Of a stretch of 64,000 bases of DNA, positions 27,983 through 37,610 are shown one piece after another. The stretch comes from Escherichia phage FP43. Both the position numbers and the translations under genes were made by a program. Position 1 is the first letter of the stretch. Each line of letters begins with the position of its first letter. The notes under the pieces are model-generated. The model did no database searches and was not told the origin of the DNA. It worked only from the letters and a program-made list of their open reading frames with translations. The stretch lies in the sequence record MN648445; one strand, written 5' to 3'.

Positions 27983-29668
27983 ATGAAAAAAGCTGTTATT
28001 CTTGGTGCTGGACTGGCAACTCGTTTGTATCCAATAACGCACCATATTCCTAAGGTGCTTGTTAACTATAAACAAGACACTATTCTGAGCAATTTGTATA
28101 CAATTTATTCTGACCTTGGCGCAGATGAAATTATTGTAGTAGTTCATTCAAAATTTGCTGAAACTGTTCGAGCTTATTGCGAGCAAGAAGGGTTCAATGT
28201 GACTATTCGTACAGTTGATGAAGCGTATGGTTCTGCTTATGCTCTTGCTAAATTATACAAAGATTTAGATGGCCATAACGTAATTGTTAACTGGTGTGAT
28301 ATTATTCCTGACTTTGGTTCATGGTCTTGGAATGTTAACGCAATCTATGTTAAGGGTGATGAATGTCGATATAATTTCGATGGTGAAAATATCACTAACG
28401 TAGGTTCAACAGGTGGTAATGTTGTAGGAATTTATCAGTTCAAAGACTGGGAATTCTACATGGGTTCTACTGATGAGGAAATTCACGAATACTGCAAAGG
28501 TCGTGATTTCGTAGAATTCCTTTACGGCAGTGCATTCAATAAATCAGAGCTTATGAATCTAATTGATTTAGGTGATATGCCTAAACTTGAAAAGGCTCAT
28601 GAAGTTCGTGAACTGAATCGTAGTTTTAATGCAGTTGAAATTGGCGAAGAAACTGTAACTAAATTCGCGTTAACCGAACAAGGTCGAGCTCTTCAAAAAG
28701 ATGAGATTTCATGGTATTTGAAAGTGAAATCAGATTCAGTTCCTCAGTTAGTTTCGGTAAATGAAAATAATTTTGAAATGGAACGTATTAAAGGTAAGCC
28801 GGCATTTGAATATATTAAATCCAAATCAAGTCTTGCTCGTCCACAAATTGTTGATGCAATTTTAGATGCACTGAAATTCAGCACGGACACTTATTTTGTA
28901 AGTCCTGAAACTGTTCGCCGTGATTTCACTAAAGAGTTCTATACGAAAGTTATTGATCGTTGTGAAAGCATTCAGCCATTGATTGATTCATTTGGTAAAA
29001 TCACACATGTGAACTACACTAAGATTGGACGTCTGAAGCCAATGTTGAAACAAGCTTTAGAACATCTTATTCGTTATCATAACCGTTCTCAGGGACAGTA
29101 CTCTGTTATTCATGGTGACCCGAACTTCAGTAATACTATGATTACCGATAACGGCGAAGTCAAGTTTATCGACCCTCGTGGATATTTTGGTGAAACCAAG
29201 ATTTACGGGCCAAAATTGTATGATGAAGCTAAAGTGCTTTATGCTGTTTCAGGTTATGATGAATTCAATGCTAATCCGACCTGGGGTCAGTTTACTATTG
29301 ATGAAACAACTTGTAATGTGACTATTAACATCAATCCATTAGTTTACAAATATGGAAAGATGAGTTCGTTTAACGAGTATCATCATTTGGCAGTAGCAAT
29401 TATCTGGATTGCATTAGGTGGTTATTTCAAGAATAATCCACTTAAAGCGGTTGCCGCATATTATAAAGGTATGGAACTTCTGACTAAGCAATTACGTAAC
29501 ATGGGCCGTGTACTTCAAGACGGCTCTATTAGTTATGACGTAGCAGAACCTGTAACGGCTACTCTGATTACAAAAAATCCTGGTAAATGGGTACTAACTG
29601 ATAAAGAAACTGGTGTTTCCTATCGTCCAATCGGCGGCGATATCACTCATCAATGGGAACGAATCTAA
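27983..29668 (+). CDS. bifunctional sugar-1-phosphate nucleotidyltransferase / sugar kinase (fusion)
   Basis: N-term MKKAVILGAGLATRLYPITHHIPKVLV (G-x-G-T-R-L nucleotidyltransferase signature); C-term HGDPNFSNTMI...IDPRG (APH/choline-kinase-like catalytic motifs). Confidence 0.6.
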   Translation: MKKAVILGAGLATRLYPITHHIPKVLVNYKQDTILSNLYTIYSDLGADEIIVVVHSKFAETVRAYCEQEGFNVTIRTVDEAYGSAYALAKLYKDLDGHNVIVNWCDIIPDFGSWSWNVNAIYVKGDECRYNFDGENITNVGSTGGNVVGIYQFKDWEFYMGSTDEEIHEYCKGRDFVEFLYGSAFNKSELMNLIDLGDMPKLEKAHEVRELNRSFNAVEIGEETVTKFALTEQGRALQKDEISWYLKVKSDSVPQLVSVNENNFEMERIKGKPAFEYIKSKSSLARPQIVDAILDALKFSTDTYFVSPETVRRDFTKEFYTKVIDRCESIQPLIDSFGKITHVNYTKIGRLKPMLKQALEHLIRYHNRSQGQYSVIHGDPNFSNTMITDNGEVKFIDPRGYFGETKIYGPKLYDEAKVLYAVSGYDEFNANPTWGQFTIDETTCNVTININPLVYKYGKMSSFNEYHHLAVAIIWIALGGYFKNNPLKAVAAYYKGMELLTKQLRNMGRVLQDGSISYDVAEPVTATLITKNPGKWVLTDKETGVSYRPIGGDITHQWERI

Positions 29669-30054
29669 TGCACCGTGTAGAAAACATGCTTAATCTTTGT
29701 TTTGATGTCGATGATTGTATAACAGAGTGGAATAACAATCGTGATTACGTGAACTTCAAACCAGACGTCGAAATGGTGTCTGCCATTAATGCCCTGTATG
29801 ATGCAGGGCATACCATAACGCTTTACACTGCCCGTGGTATGAAGTCGGTAGGTCCTGGTCGTATAGCAATTGACATTCTCCCAAGTCTGATTCAGAACTT
29901 GGAAAACATTGGTTTGAAGTACCATAATTTGCTAACACATAAACCAGTATATGATTGGATTATCGACGACAAAGCTATGCGTCCTGACGAATTCAAAGCT
30001 CTTATGAATAAAGGCGAATTCGAAACATTTAAATCATATAAACCAAATCTATAA
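29668..30054 (+). CDS. HAD-superfamily phosphatase
   Basis: FDVDDCIT motif I (DxDx[TV]); TAATG overlap with upstream kinase gene. Confidence 0.5.
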   Translation: MHRVENMLNLCFDVDDCITEWNNNRDYVNFKPDVEMVSAINALYDAGHTITLYTARGMKSVGPGRIAIDILPSLIQNLENIGLKYHNLLTHKPVYDWIIDDKAMRPDEFKALMNKGEFETFKSYKPNL

Positions 30055-30100
30055 TAATTTAAGTAAGACCTGCAAAAACCATCGCATCAATTAACGCGAG

Positions 30101-31273
30101 ATGCAAAAAAAAATGAATACTTTTAAAATCGGAACGAATTTTGATTTAGCTCTTCTTGATAAAATCGTAGAGCTCAATAAAACCTATCCTAATAGCTTGA
30201 TAAACGAAGTATATGGCTCTACAAGAGAAATGGCTTTTGTAGCAGCCAGACCTGATTTTAGGCTTCCTGACGTTGACAAAAAGATGTTAGAAGATTACGT
30301 TAAACGTTGTAACGAATTAGGTATTTGCTTTAACTATACACTCAACACGATAAATCCTGGTTCAAAAAGAGAACTAGTTGAGTGGAAGAAGAAAGCTATT
30401 CAGGATTATGTTCAGTATCTTTGGTCAATAGGCGTATGGCGTATTACTATCGCTAACCCTGTTGTTATGGAAATTGTTCGTGAAGTCAATAAAGATATTG
30501 AGATTGAAGTTTCAACAATTCTACATGTTGATGCTGTAACTCAAATCAAATACTTGCATGACCAATATAACATCAAAAAGGTCTGTTGCGGAATTCATAA
30601 GAACCGTTCAGTTTCTTTCCTGAAGCGTGCAGCAGAGTTTTGCAATAAGAACAATATAATATTTGAAGTTCTTGTAAATGAGTTCTGTTCTAATGCTGGT
30701 AAAGGGTATACAACACATTGTAGCTATCGTGACTCTTGCTATATTTTCCATAGTACTGATGTTACCGCTGATGATGCTAAATCCTTAAATGGATATCCTA
30801 TGCAGCACTGTATTAAAGCTCGTGATACAGACCCATTTAACTGGTTGAGAACTCGTTTTGTTCGTCCTCAAGATTTGAAACTTTATAATGATATTGGTAT
30901 CACTCAATTTAAAGTTTCAGGACGTACAGGTAGCACAGACTACATTTTGAAAGTTCTTGAAGCATACGCTTCTGAAAAGTTTGAAGGTAATTTGTTAGAA
31001 CTGTGGAAGCCTTTAGAGACTATTTTCACTCTTGAAAATGAGACTGAGTTTTCACATACAGTAAATATTGAAACCTCTTTGTTAGATGGCTTTTTAGAAA
31101 AAAGGTGGTTCAGACATCCAGATTTTGATTGTGCTAATGAAATCTGTGGGTCAACGTGTACATATTGTGAAAGGTATTATAAACGTCAATTATCTAAAAA
31201 CGGGTTAGCAGAAAACTCCATATCTATTATTGATATAACTAACTCTGATGACGCTTTGAGGTACCCGGAATGA
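30101..31273 (+). CDS. Cys-rich TIM-barrel-like protein (tentatively peptidase-U32-like; C-terminal C-x4-C-x3-C-x2-C cluster), possible Fe-S enzyme
   Basis: 390 aa; alternating beta/alpha pattern; CANEICGSTCTYC near C-terminus; alternative start at 30113. Confidence 0.5.
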   Translation: MQKKMNTFKIGTNFDLALLDKIVELNKTYPNSLINEVYGSTREMAFVAARPDFRLPDVDKKMLEDYVKRCNELGICFNYTLNTINPGSKRELVEWKKKAIQDYVQYLWSIGVWRITIANPVVMEIVREVNKDIEIEVSTILHVDAVTQIKYLHDQYNIKKVCCGIHKNRSVSFLKRAAEFCNKNNIIFEVLVNEFCSNAGKGYTTHCSYRDSCYIFHSTDVTADDAKSLNGYPMQHCIKARDTDPFNWLRTRFVRPQDLKLYNDIGITQFKVSGRTGSTDYILKVLEAYASEKFEGNLLELWKPLETIFTLENETEFSHTVNIETSLLDGFLEKRWFRHPDFDCANEICGSTCTYCERYYKRQLSKNGLAENSISIIDITNSDDALRYPE

Positions 31274-31509
31274 TTTCTAGAAAAAGTTTTAATTATAAAC
31301 TTAACGAAGAGATTTTGACTATGAAACTGAACACTAACGAACAAATTCTTAAAAAGGCCCTTATGGGCCTGTTTGAAACCAAAGCGGCTAAAGTGATTAA
31401 AGAACCTGTTCAATTGGAATACTACACTGATGCATTCCTTCATAGTGTTCTTGGAAGTATAGATTCTGAAGCTTTACGTTATATCAACATTGTCAAGAAA
31501 TTCAAATAA
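31270..31509 (+). CDS. small hypothetical protein
   Basis: 79-aa ORF, ATGA overlap. Confidence 0.35.
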   Translation: MISRKSFNYKLNEEILTMKLNTNEQILKKALMGLFETKAAKVIKEPVQLEYYTDAFLHSVLGSIDSEALRYINIVKKFK

Positions 31510-31568
31510 GCTTTACGAATTGAGTATATAATAAATTGTATTGAGGTAAACATGGAAAATATAACACA

Positions 31569-32267
31569 ATGAAATATATCAAAGCCGCAGATTTTCAAGC
31601 CGCATTTAAAGCAGTCAATCGTGAAATTTTAGAAAACCCCGAATTCGTAACTGATTCTCGTATTGGACGTTGTAATGAAATCGGGTCCATGACAGTAGTT
31701 GTTGACAATCCATCATCATTCAAAATGACCGACCCACGTATTAACCGCATCTCTTATGAATATGCCGAAGACTTCTGGAAGTTTATGATTTCTGGTGGTA
31801 CTGATGCAGAAGAAGCGTTTAAGGCATATCCTAATGTCGCTAAATTCATTTCTAAACCAAAATCAGATGCTTTGCCTGCGAACTTCAACACTTTCTACGG
31901 TCCTCGCATTGTGGCCCAATTACCAGCTCTTCTAAAAGAACTTAAAGAGAAACCTAACTCTCGAAGAGTTGTGTTCCAAATTCTAGAAAGTTCTGATCAG
32001 GCTTTGCTTGATTCAGACGAAACACTTGAATATCCATGTACTGACTCAGTGACTTATTATATTCGTGATGGTAAGCTTTATACCCACTGCCATATGCGTT
32101 CTCAGAACTGTGCTGTTGTTATGCAGTTGGATTTTTATCTCCAAGGAAAATTACTTCATTATATCGCTAACGAATGTGGTGTAGAAGTTGGTGATTATAC
32201 TCATACCATGGTAAGTGCCCATGTGTTTGAACGTGATTTTGATTATGTTAAAGGATTCCTTGACTAA
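31569..32267 (+). CDS. 42: dCMP hydroxymethylase-like (thymidylate-synthase fold), gene 42
   Basis: 232 aa; PNSRRVVFQI and CTDSVTYYIRDGKLY...MRSQN align with remembered T4 gp42 active-site region; syntenic. Confidence 0.75.
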   Translation: MKYIKAADFQAAFKAVNREILENPEFVTDSRIGRCNEIGSMTVVVDNPSSFKMTDPRINRISYEYAEDFWKFMISGGTDAEEAFKAYPNVAKFISKPKSDALPANFNTFYGPRIVAQLPALLKELKEKPNSRRVVFQILESSDQALLDSDETLEYPCTDSVTYYIRDGKLYTHCHMRSQNCAVVMQLDFYLQGKLLHYIANECGVEVGDYTHTMVSAHVFERDFDYVKGFLD

Positions 32268-33166
32268 TGGCTATTTTCCGCGTACCAATCTTAAGTATGC
32301 GGTCTTATGAAACTGGACAGTATGCTATCCTTAAGGATGGCAACTTCCAACTTCATTTGCACCGTGCTAATCCAGGTGATGTGATTACATATCCACGTAA
32401 TGCATCTGATATTAAAGAATGTGAACGTCTTTTCCCGGAATTTAAGTTTGTTCCATTATGGTATAAAGATAACGCGTATAACACTCGTAAATATTTCTGG
32501 TCTGAAAATGAATTTGTGGTTGATTCATTAATTGCTTATTATGATTGTGATTTTCTAATAACAGATATCACTGGATATGACGGCGCTTTTGATGTAGAAT
32601 TCAATTTCAATATCACGGCAGACCCTAATAAACCACGTTTTTATATTGACGAATTCTTAAAAACCGATATGTTGTCAGTTAATCGTTCACTTCAAACTAC
32701 TGTGTTGAATGAACGTCAAAAAGAAGTGCTGGTTAACGCCGGTGCAGATGTTAATAAGATTATCGTAACGCAGAAAGTTATACGTCCTTCCATCATGCAG
32801 CGTCTTGTAGGTGATTTGGCTCCTATTCATCTAGATGGTATTTTTCATCCATTTCGAATTAGTGACCCATGTTATCGTTTTGAACAAGTGGTTGAATGTG
32901 CAATTCAATTAGGACAACCGCTTTATATAACCGATCCAAATAATAGCTTTGACAGAAATAAGTATCCTGAAGAAGCGCTGATTCGAATTTTTAAACCAAC
33001 TAAAACTGAGTACTATCAAATTCTTAAAGGACGTCCGAAAATTCAATATTTCGAAAATCCTGAAGAAGTATTCCATCCAGGTCTTGGTGAGTTCATCTAC
33101 TTTAATGCTTTAATTTCTTCACCGTATAATATACCTAAATACGAAGATGTCGTAATCGAGGAATAA
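32267..33166 (+). CDS. hypothetical protein occupying the T4 beta-glucosyltransferase position
   Basis: 299 aa; TAATG overlap with gene 42; no motif recognised. Confidence 0.5.
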   Translation: MAIFRVPILSMRSYETGQYAILKDGNFQLHLHRANPGDVITYPRNASDIKECERLFPEFKFVPLWYKDNAYNTRKYFWSENEFVVDSLIAYYDCDFLITDITGYDGAFDVEFNFNITADPNKPRFYIDEFLKTDMLSVNRSLQTTVLNERQKEVLVNAGADVNKIIVTQKVIRPSIMQRLVGDLAPIHLDGIFHPFRISDPCYRFEQVVECAIQLGQPLYITDPNNSFDRNKYPEEALIRIFKPTKTEYYQILKGRPKIQYFENPEEVFHPGLGEFIYFNALISSPYNIPKYEDVVIEE

Positions 33167-33167
33167 A

Positions 33168-33716
33168 ATGGCTAAAATTATTTTAGTAGACGGCCCGGAT
33201 AATGCCGGTAAAACAACTTTCATTAATGACATAATGGAAATTAGTGAAAGATATGTGAAGATTGATTTCCCTAAACGAACAGTTGATGGACGTTTCGATG
33301 TTAAGTCTCGAAATGAAGTTGGCTGTTTCGAAACGATGTTGAATTATTTAGACCCTACTAAGATTTATCTGTTAGACCGTGGATATATTAGTAACTGGGT
33401 TTATGGACGTATTCGACAAGATGCGGACTCGGTTCTTGACGTTTATGAACAGGACTATGTTCGTCTTTGCCAAAACCATGATGTGTTCACAATTATTTTA
33501 ACACGTAACGAAATGACTGAAAGTTTTGAAGACGACCTTATTACTTTGTCTTCATTCGGTTTTAATACAGTCATTTCACATTTTGAAGAGTTTGCAATTC
33601 ATAACAAAATCCAAACGTATCAATTACTTAATCATGATGGTGCTAACAAAGTTATAGGATTTAATGCAAGCGAACGTAATGGTTTGATTACAGAAATCAT
33701 CAAATGGGCTCGTTAA
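33168..33716 (+). CDS. P-loop nucleotide/nucleoside kinase (thymidylate-kinase-like)
   Basis: Walker A GPDNAGKTT; LLDRGYISNWVYG resembles the TMPK DR[YH] motif. Confidence 0.5.
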   Translation: MAKIILVDGPDNAGKTTFINDIMEISERYVKIDFPKRTVDGRFDVKSRNEVGCFETMLNYLDPTKIYLLDRGYISNWVYGRIRQDADSVLDVYEQDYVRLCQNHDVFTIILTRNEMTESFEDDLITLSSFGFNTVISHFEEFAIHNKIQTYQLLNHDGANKVIGFNASERNGLITEIIKWAR

Positions 33717-33815
33717 GAGCCTATTTAAAGTTTTAAATGCTGTATAACCCTTAGTATATAATCGTTTTATCTTTTAAACATGAGTAAAATATAATGATGC
33801 CTATGGAAAAATACA

Positions 33816-34988
33816 ATGTCTGATTTAAAATCTCGTCTGATTAAAGCTTCTACTTCTAAAATGACTGCAGACTTGACTAAGTCTAAGCTGTTTAATAATC
33901 GTGATGAAGTCCCTACTCGTATTCCGATGTTGAATATCGCACTAGGTGGTGCTCTGAATGCAGGATTGCAATCAGGCTTGACTATTTTTGCTGCACCTTC
34001 TAAACACTTTAAAACGCTGTTTGGACTGACTATGGATGCAGCGTATATGAAGAAATATAAAGATGCAATCTGTTTGTTTTATGACTCGGAATTTGGTGCT
34101 TCAGAATCTTATTTTCGTTCAATGGGTGTTGATTTAGACCGTGTAGTTCATACACCAATTCAGTCCGTCGAACAACTTAAAGTTGATATGACTAATCAGC
34201 TTGACGCTATTGAACGTGGTGATAAAGTTATTATCTTTATCGATTCAATCGGTAATACTGCATCTAAGAAAGAAACCGAAGATGCATTGAACGAGAAAGT
34301 CGTAGGTGATATGTCCCGTGCTAAGGCACTTAAATCTCTGTTCCGTATTGTGACCCCTTATCTGACTATTAAAGATATTCCGTGTGTTGCAATCAACCAT
34401 ACAGCAATGGAAATCGGCGGACTATATCCTAAAGAGATTATGGGTGGTGGTACAGGTATTCTTTACTCTGCTAACACTGTATTCTTTATCTCTAAACGTC
34501 AGGTTAAAGAAGGTACAGAATTGACCGGTTATGACTTCACGTTGAAAGCAGAAAAATCTCGTACAGTTAAAGAGAAATCTACTTTCCCAATCACGGTTAA
34601 TTTTGATGGCGGTATCGACCCATTCAGTGGCTTGTTAGAAATGGCAACTGAAATTGGATTTGTTGTTAAGCCTAAAGCCGGTTGGTATGCTCGTGAATTC
34701 CTTGACGAAGAAACAGGTGAAATGATTCGTGAAGAGAAATCGTGGCGTGCTAAAGCTACTGATTGTGTAGAATTCTGGGGACCGTTGTTTAAACACAAAC
34801 CTTTCCGAGATGCAATTGAAACTAAATATAAACTAGGTGCTATCTCTTCTATTAAAGAAGTTGATGACGCTGTTAACGACCTTATTAATTGCAAAGCAAC
34901 AACTAAAGTTCCTGTTAAAGCTTCTGATGCTCCGTCTGCAGCAGATATAGAAAACGACCTTGACGAAATGGAAGATTTCGATGAATAA
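33816..34988 (+). CDS. uvsX: RecA-like recombinase UvsX
   Basis: 390 aa; MSDLKSRLIKASTSK...; matches remembered T4 UvsX throughout. Confidence 0.95.
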   Translation: MSDLKSRLIKASTSKMTADLTKSKLFNNRDEVPTRIPMLNIALGGALNAGLQSGLTIFAAPSKHFKTLFGLTMDAAYMKKYKDAICLFYDSEFGASESYFRSMGVDLDRVVHTPIQSVEQLKVDMTNQLDAIERGDKVIIFIDSIGNTASKKETEDALNEKVVGDMSRAKALKSLFRIVTPYLTIKDIPCVAINHTAMEIGGLYPKEIMGGGTGILYSANTVFFISKRQVKEGTELTGYDFTLKAEKSRTVKEKSTFPITVNFDGGIDPFSGLLEMATEIGFVVKPKAGWYAREFLDEETGEMIREEKSWRAKATDCVEFWGPLFKHKPFRDAIETKYKLGAISSIKEVDDAVNDLINCKATTKVPVKASDAPSAADIENDLDEMEDFDE

Positions 34989-35322
34989 TCTCGATGATTT
35001 AAATCTAGAAATCGTTGATGAATCCCCTTCTTCGGAAGGGGAAGACATTCGCAAAGAACGAGTGTTTAATGAATCTCTTAAAATTATCCGTTCAGCAATG
35101 GAAAATGTCATTCAAGAGATTCTGATTACACTTGAAGACGGTTCCCATCATATAGTCTATATTACAAAACTAGACTGGGTTGATGGTAAAATCGTAATGG
35201 ACTTTGCAGTTCTTGACCAGGACAGAAAAGCAGAACTTGCACCACATGTTGAAAAATGTGTTACAATGCAAGTACAACAAGCTTTTAATGAACGAACCAA
35301 GAAAAAATTTAAATTCTTTTAA
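34981..35322 (+). CDS. 40: protein at the gene 40 position (head vertex assembly chaperone in T4)
   Basis: 113 aa; assigned by synteny between uvsX and 41. Confidence 0.5.
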   Translation: MNNLDDLNLEIVDESPSSEGEDIRKERVFNESLKIIRSAMENVIQEILITLEDGSHHIVYITKLDWVDGKIVMDFAVLDQDRKAELAPHVEKCVTMQVQQAFNERTKKKFKFF

Positions 35323-35331
35323 GGAGTTATC

Positions 35332-36774
35332 GTGGTAGAAATTATTTTGTCTCATCTCGTATACGACCAGGCTTATTTTTCTAAGGTCTGGCCTTATATG
35401 GATTCTGAGTATTTTGAGCGTGGACCGGCAAAAAATGTCTTTAAAATTATAAAGAGCCACGTTAACGAATATAATGCAATGCCATCTATCAATGCATTAA
35501 AGGTGGCTTTAGATAACAGTTCTTTAACTGAAGCCGAATATAAAGGAACTTCAGACCTAATTGAAAAATTGGCTGATACTCCTGAAGACCACGAATGGTT
35601 GGTTAAAGAAACTGAGAAATATGTCCAGCAAAAAGCGATGTATAATGCTACATCCAAAATCATTGAGATTCAGTCTAATGCTGAACTACCTCCAGAACAA
35701 CGTAACAAGAAAATGCCTGACGTAGGAGCTATTCCTGATATTATGCGTCAAGCACTTTCAATTTCGTTTGATAGTTATGTTGGTCATGACTGGATGGAAG
35801 ACTATGAAGCACGCTGGCTTTCTTATCTAAATAAAGCACGTAAGGTCCCGTTCAAATTAAACATTCTTAATAAAATCACCAAAGGTGGCGCAGAAACAGG
35901 TACACTGAACGTTTTAATGGCCGGTGTTAACGTTGGTAAATCTTTAGGCCTTTGTTCACTTGCTGCAGATTATCTTCAAACAGGACATAATGTTCTTTAT
36001 ATTTCCATGGAAATGGCTGAAGAAGTTTGTGCTAAGCGTATAGATGCAAACATGCTTGACGTATCACTCGATGATATCGATGATGGTAACGTATCTTATG
36101 CTGAATATAAAGCCAAGATGGAAAAATGGCGTTCAAAATCAACATTAGGACGTTTAGTAGTTAAACAGTATCCTACTGGTGGAGCTAACGCTAATACATT
36201 TCGTGCATTGCTTAATGAGTTAAAACTTAAGAAGAACTTTGTGCCATCTGTAATCATGGTTGATTACTTAGGTATTTGTGGGTCTTGTCGTATCAGAGTT
36301 TACACTGAAAATAGCTACACATTAGTTAAAGCTATCGCAGAAGAACTTCGTGCATTAGCAGTAGAATCTGAAACAGTTCTATGGACTGCAGCCCAAGTAG
36401 GACGTGCAGCATGGGATGCTTCAGACATGAACATGAGTGATATCGCAGAATCAGCAGGTTTACCAGCAACGGCAGATTTCATGTTGGCTGTAATTGAAAC
36501 CGAAGAACTTGCACAAGCTGAACAACAACTTATCAAACAAATCAAATCACGATATGGTGATAAGAATAAGTGGAATAAATTCCTGATGGGTGTACGTAAA
36601 GGTAACCAGAAATGGATTGAGATTGAGCAAGAAGGCATGAACACACCTAACACAGTAAATGAAAACGCAGGTGCTCAGATGCGTCAGGCAGAGGTGAATC
36701 GTACGGAACGCGTAGGTAAAGCCAAAGCAACACGTGCTGACCTAGATAGCTTAGCCAATGAGTTAAAATTTTAA
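35332..36774 (+). CDS. 41: replicative DNA helicase gp41 (DnaB-like)
   Basis: GTG start after AAGGAG RBS; MVEIILSHLVYDQAYFSKVWPYMDSEYFE matches T4 gp41; Walker A GVNVGKS. Confidence 0.95.
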   Translation: MVEIILSHLVYDQAYFSKVWPYMDSEYFERGPAKNVFKIIKSHVNEYNAMPSINALKVALDNSSLTEAEYKGTSDLIEKLADTPEDHEWLVKETEKYVQQKAMYNATSKIIEIQSNAELPPEQRNKKMPDVGAIPDIMRQALSISFDSYVGHDWMEDYEARWLSYLNKARKVPFKLNILNKITKGGAETGTLNVLMAGVNVGKSLGLCSLAADYLQTGHNVLYISMEMAEEVCAKRIDANMLDVSLDDIDDGNVSYAEYKAKMEKWRSKSTLGRLVVKQYPTGGANANTFRALLNELKLKKNFVPSVIMVDYLGICGSCRIRVYTENSYTLVKAIAEELRALAVESETVLWTAAQVGRAAWDASDMNMSDIAESAGLPATADFMLAVIETEELAQAEQQLIKQIKSRYGDKNKWNKFLMGVRKGNQKWIEIEQEGMNTPNTVNENAGAQMRQAEVNRTERVGKAKATRADLDSLANELKF

Positions 36775-36777
36775 TAA

Positions 36778-36800
36778 AAAGGAGACTTCGGTCTCCTTTC
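36778..36800 (+). terminator. intrinsic terminator (TTCG tetraloop) after gene 41
   Basis: GGAGAC TTCG GTCTCC then TTT. Confidence 0.6.
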
Positions 36801-36803
36801 GGG

Positions 36804-36832
36804 GTTTACATCTTCCTCTAGGCATGATATGA
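36804..36832 (+). promoter_or_regulatory. T4-early-type promoter
   Basis: -35 GTTTAC, 17 bp, -10 TATGAT. Confidence 0.4.
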
Positions 36833-36862
36833 TGTACTTACACCAACCAAGAGGAAAACATT

Positions 36863-37237
36863 ATGAATATGTCTCAAGCAATTTTTACTGCAATCACCGA
36901 AAACACAACTGTTGAAGTAGTTTCTCCGCTAGCAACCTACGTTATTCTTGCTCCTAAAACTATTGTATCTCGTATGGAAAACATGGGCAAACGTATCGTA
37001 CAAATTGTTGGAGCCGGAAATCAAAAACTTGATTATCTGCGAACCATCAAAGCTTATGAACATTTCCAACTCGAAAAAGGTTCTCCTATCCAGGTAGAAC
37101 TCGTAAATGGTGATATCGTTCGAGCAATGTTCCATCATTTCTATGCATTGAATGACCCATCTAAAGCGGTTCGTTTAATTGCATACGACGCAAACCAAAA
37201 CGAAATCAACGCAGATATATCTAAATTACGTTTTTAA
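36863..37237 (+). CDS. hypothetical protein
   Basis: 124-aa ORF with promoter and GAGGAAAA RBS. Confidence 0.5.
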   Translation: MNMSQAIFTAITENTTVEVVSPLATYVILAPKTIVSRMENMGKRIVQIVGAGNQKLDYLRTIKAYEHFQLEKGSPIQVELVNGDIVRAMFHHFYALNDPSKAVRLIAYDANQNEINADISKLRF

Positions 37238-37266
37238 GTTTACTTCTCCAGTAGTTGTGTTATTAT
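37238..37266 (+). promoter_or_regulatory. T4-early-type promoter
   Basis: -35 GTTTAC, 17 bp, -10 TATTAT; 10-bp perfect IR CCAGTAGTTG/CAACTACTGG brackets -10. Confidence 0.55.
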
Positions 37267-37292
37267 AGACCTATCAACTACTGGAGAACAAA

Positions 37293-37610
37293 ATGAAAAC
37301 CATCGATTGTAAAGCAGAATTTAAGATTTTTTATCACGGTTCAAGTAGTTCAGCTAACATCGAAAACATGCTTTGTCCTCCTGAAGAAACAGGAGTTCTG
37401 TCTGAAACCGGACGTAAGAAAAACTTGAATCGTGTATTCTTTACTGAAGATATCGGTTTAGCAAAGATTTATGCAGGACGAGCCGCACGCTCTTATGGAG
37501 GTGAACCGCGTCTCTATCGAGTAATTTCTCCGGTAGACGTAGTTCAAATGAATAATACTAAAGGTGCTACAGTTTATCACGCTGAATGGGCATTTTGCGA
37601 GGAAATATGA
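37293..37610 (+). CDS. hypothetical protein
   Basis: 105-aa ORF with early promoter. Confidence 0.45.
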   Translation: MKTIDCKAEFKIFYHGSSSSANIENMLCPPEETGVLSETGRKKNLNRVFFTEDIGLAKIYAGRAARSYGGEPRLYRVISPVDVVQMNNTKGATVYHAEWAFCEEI

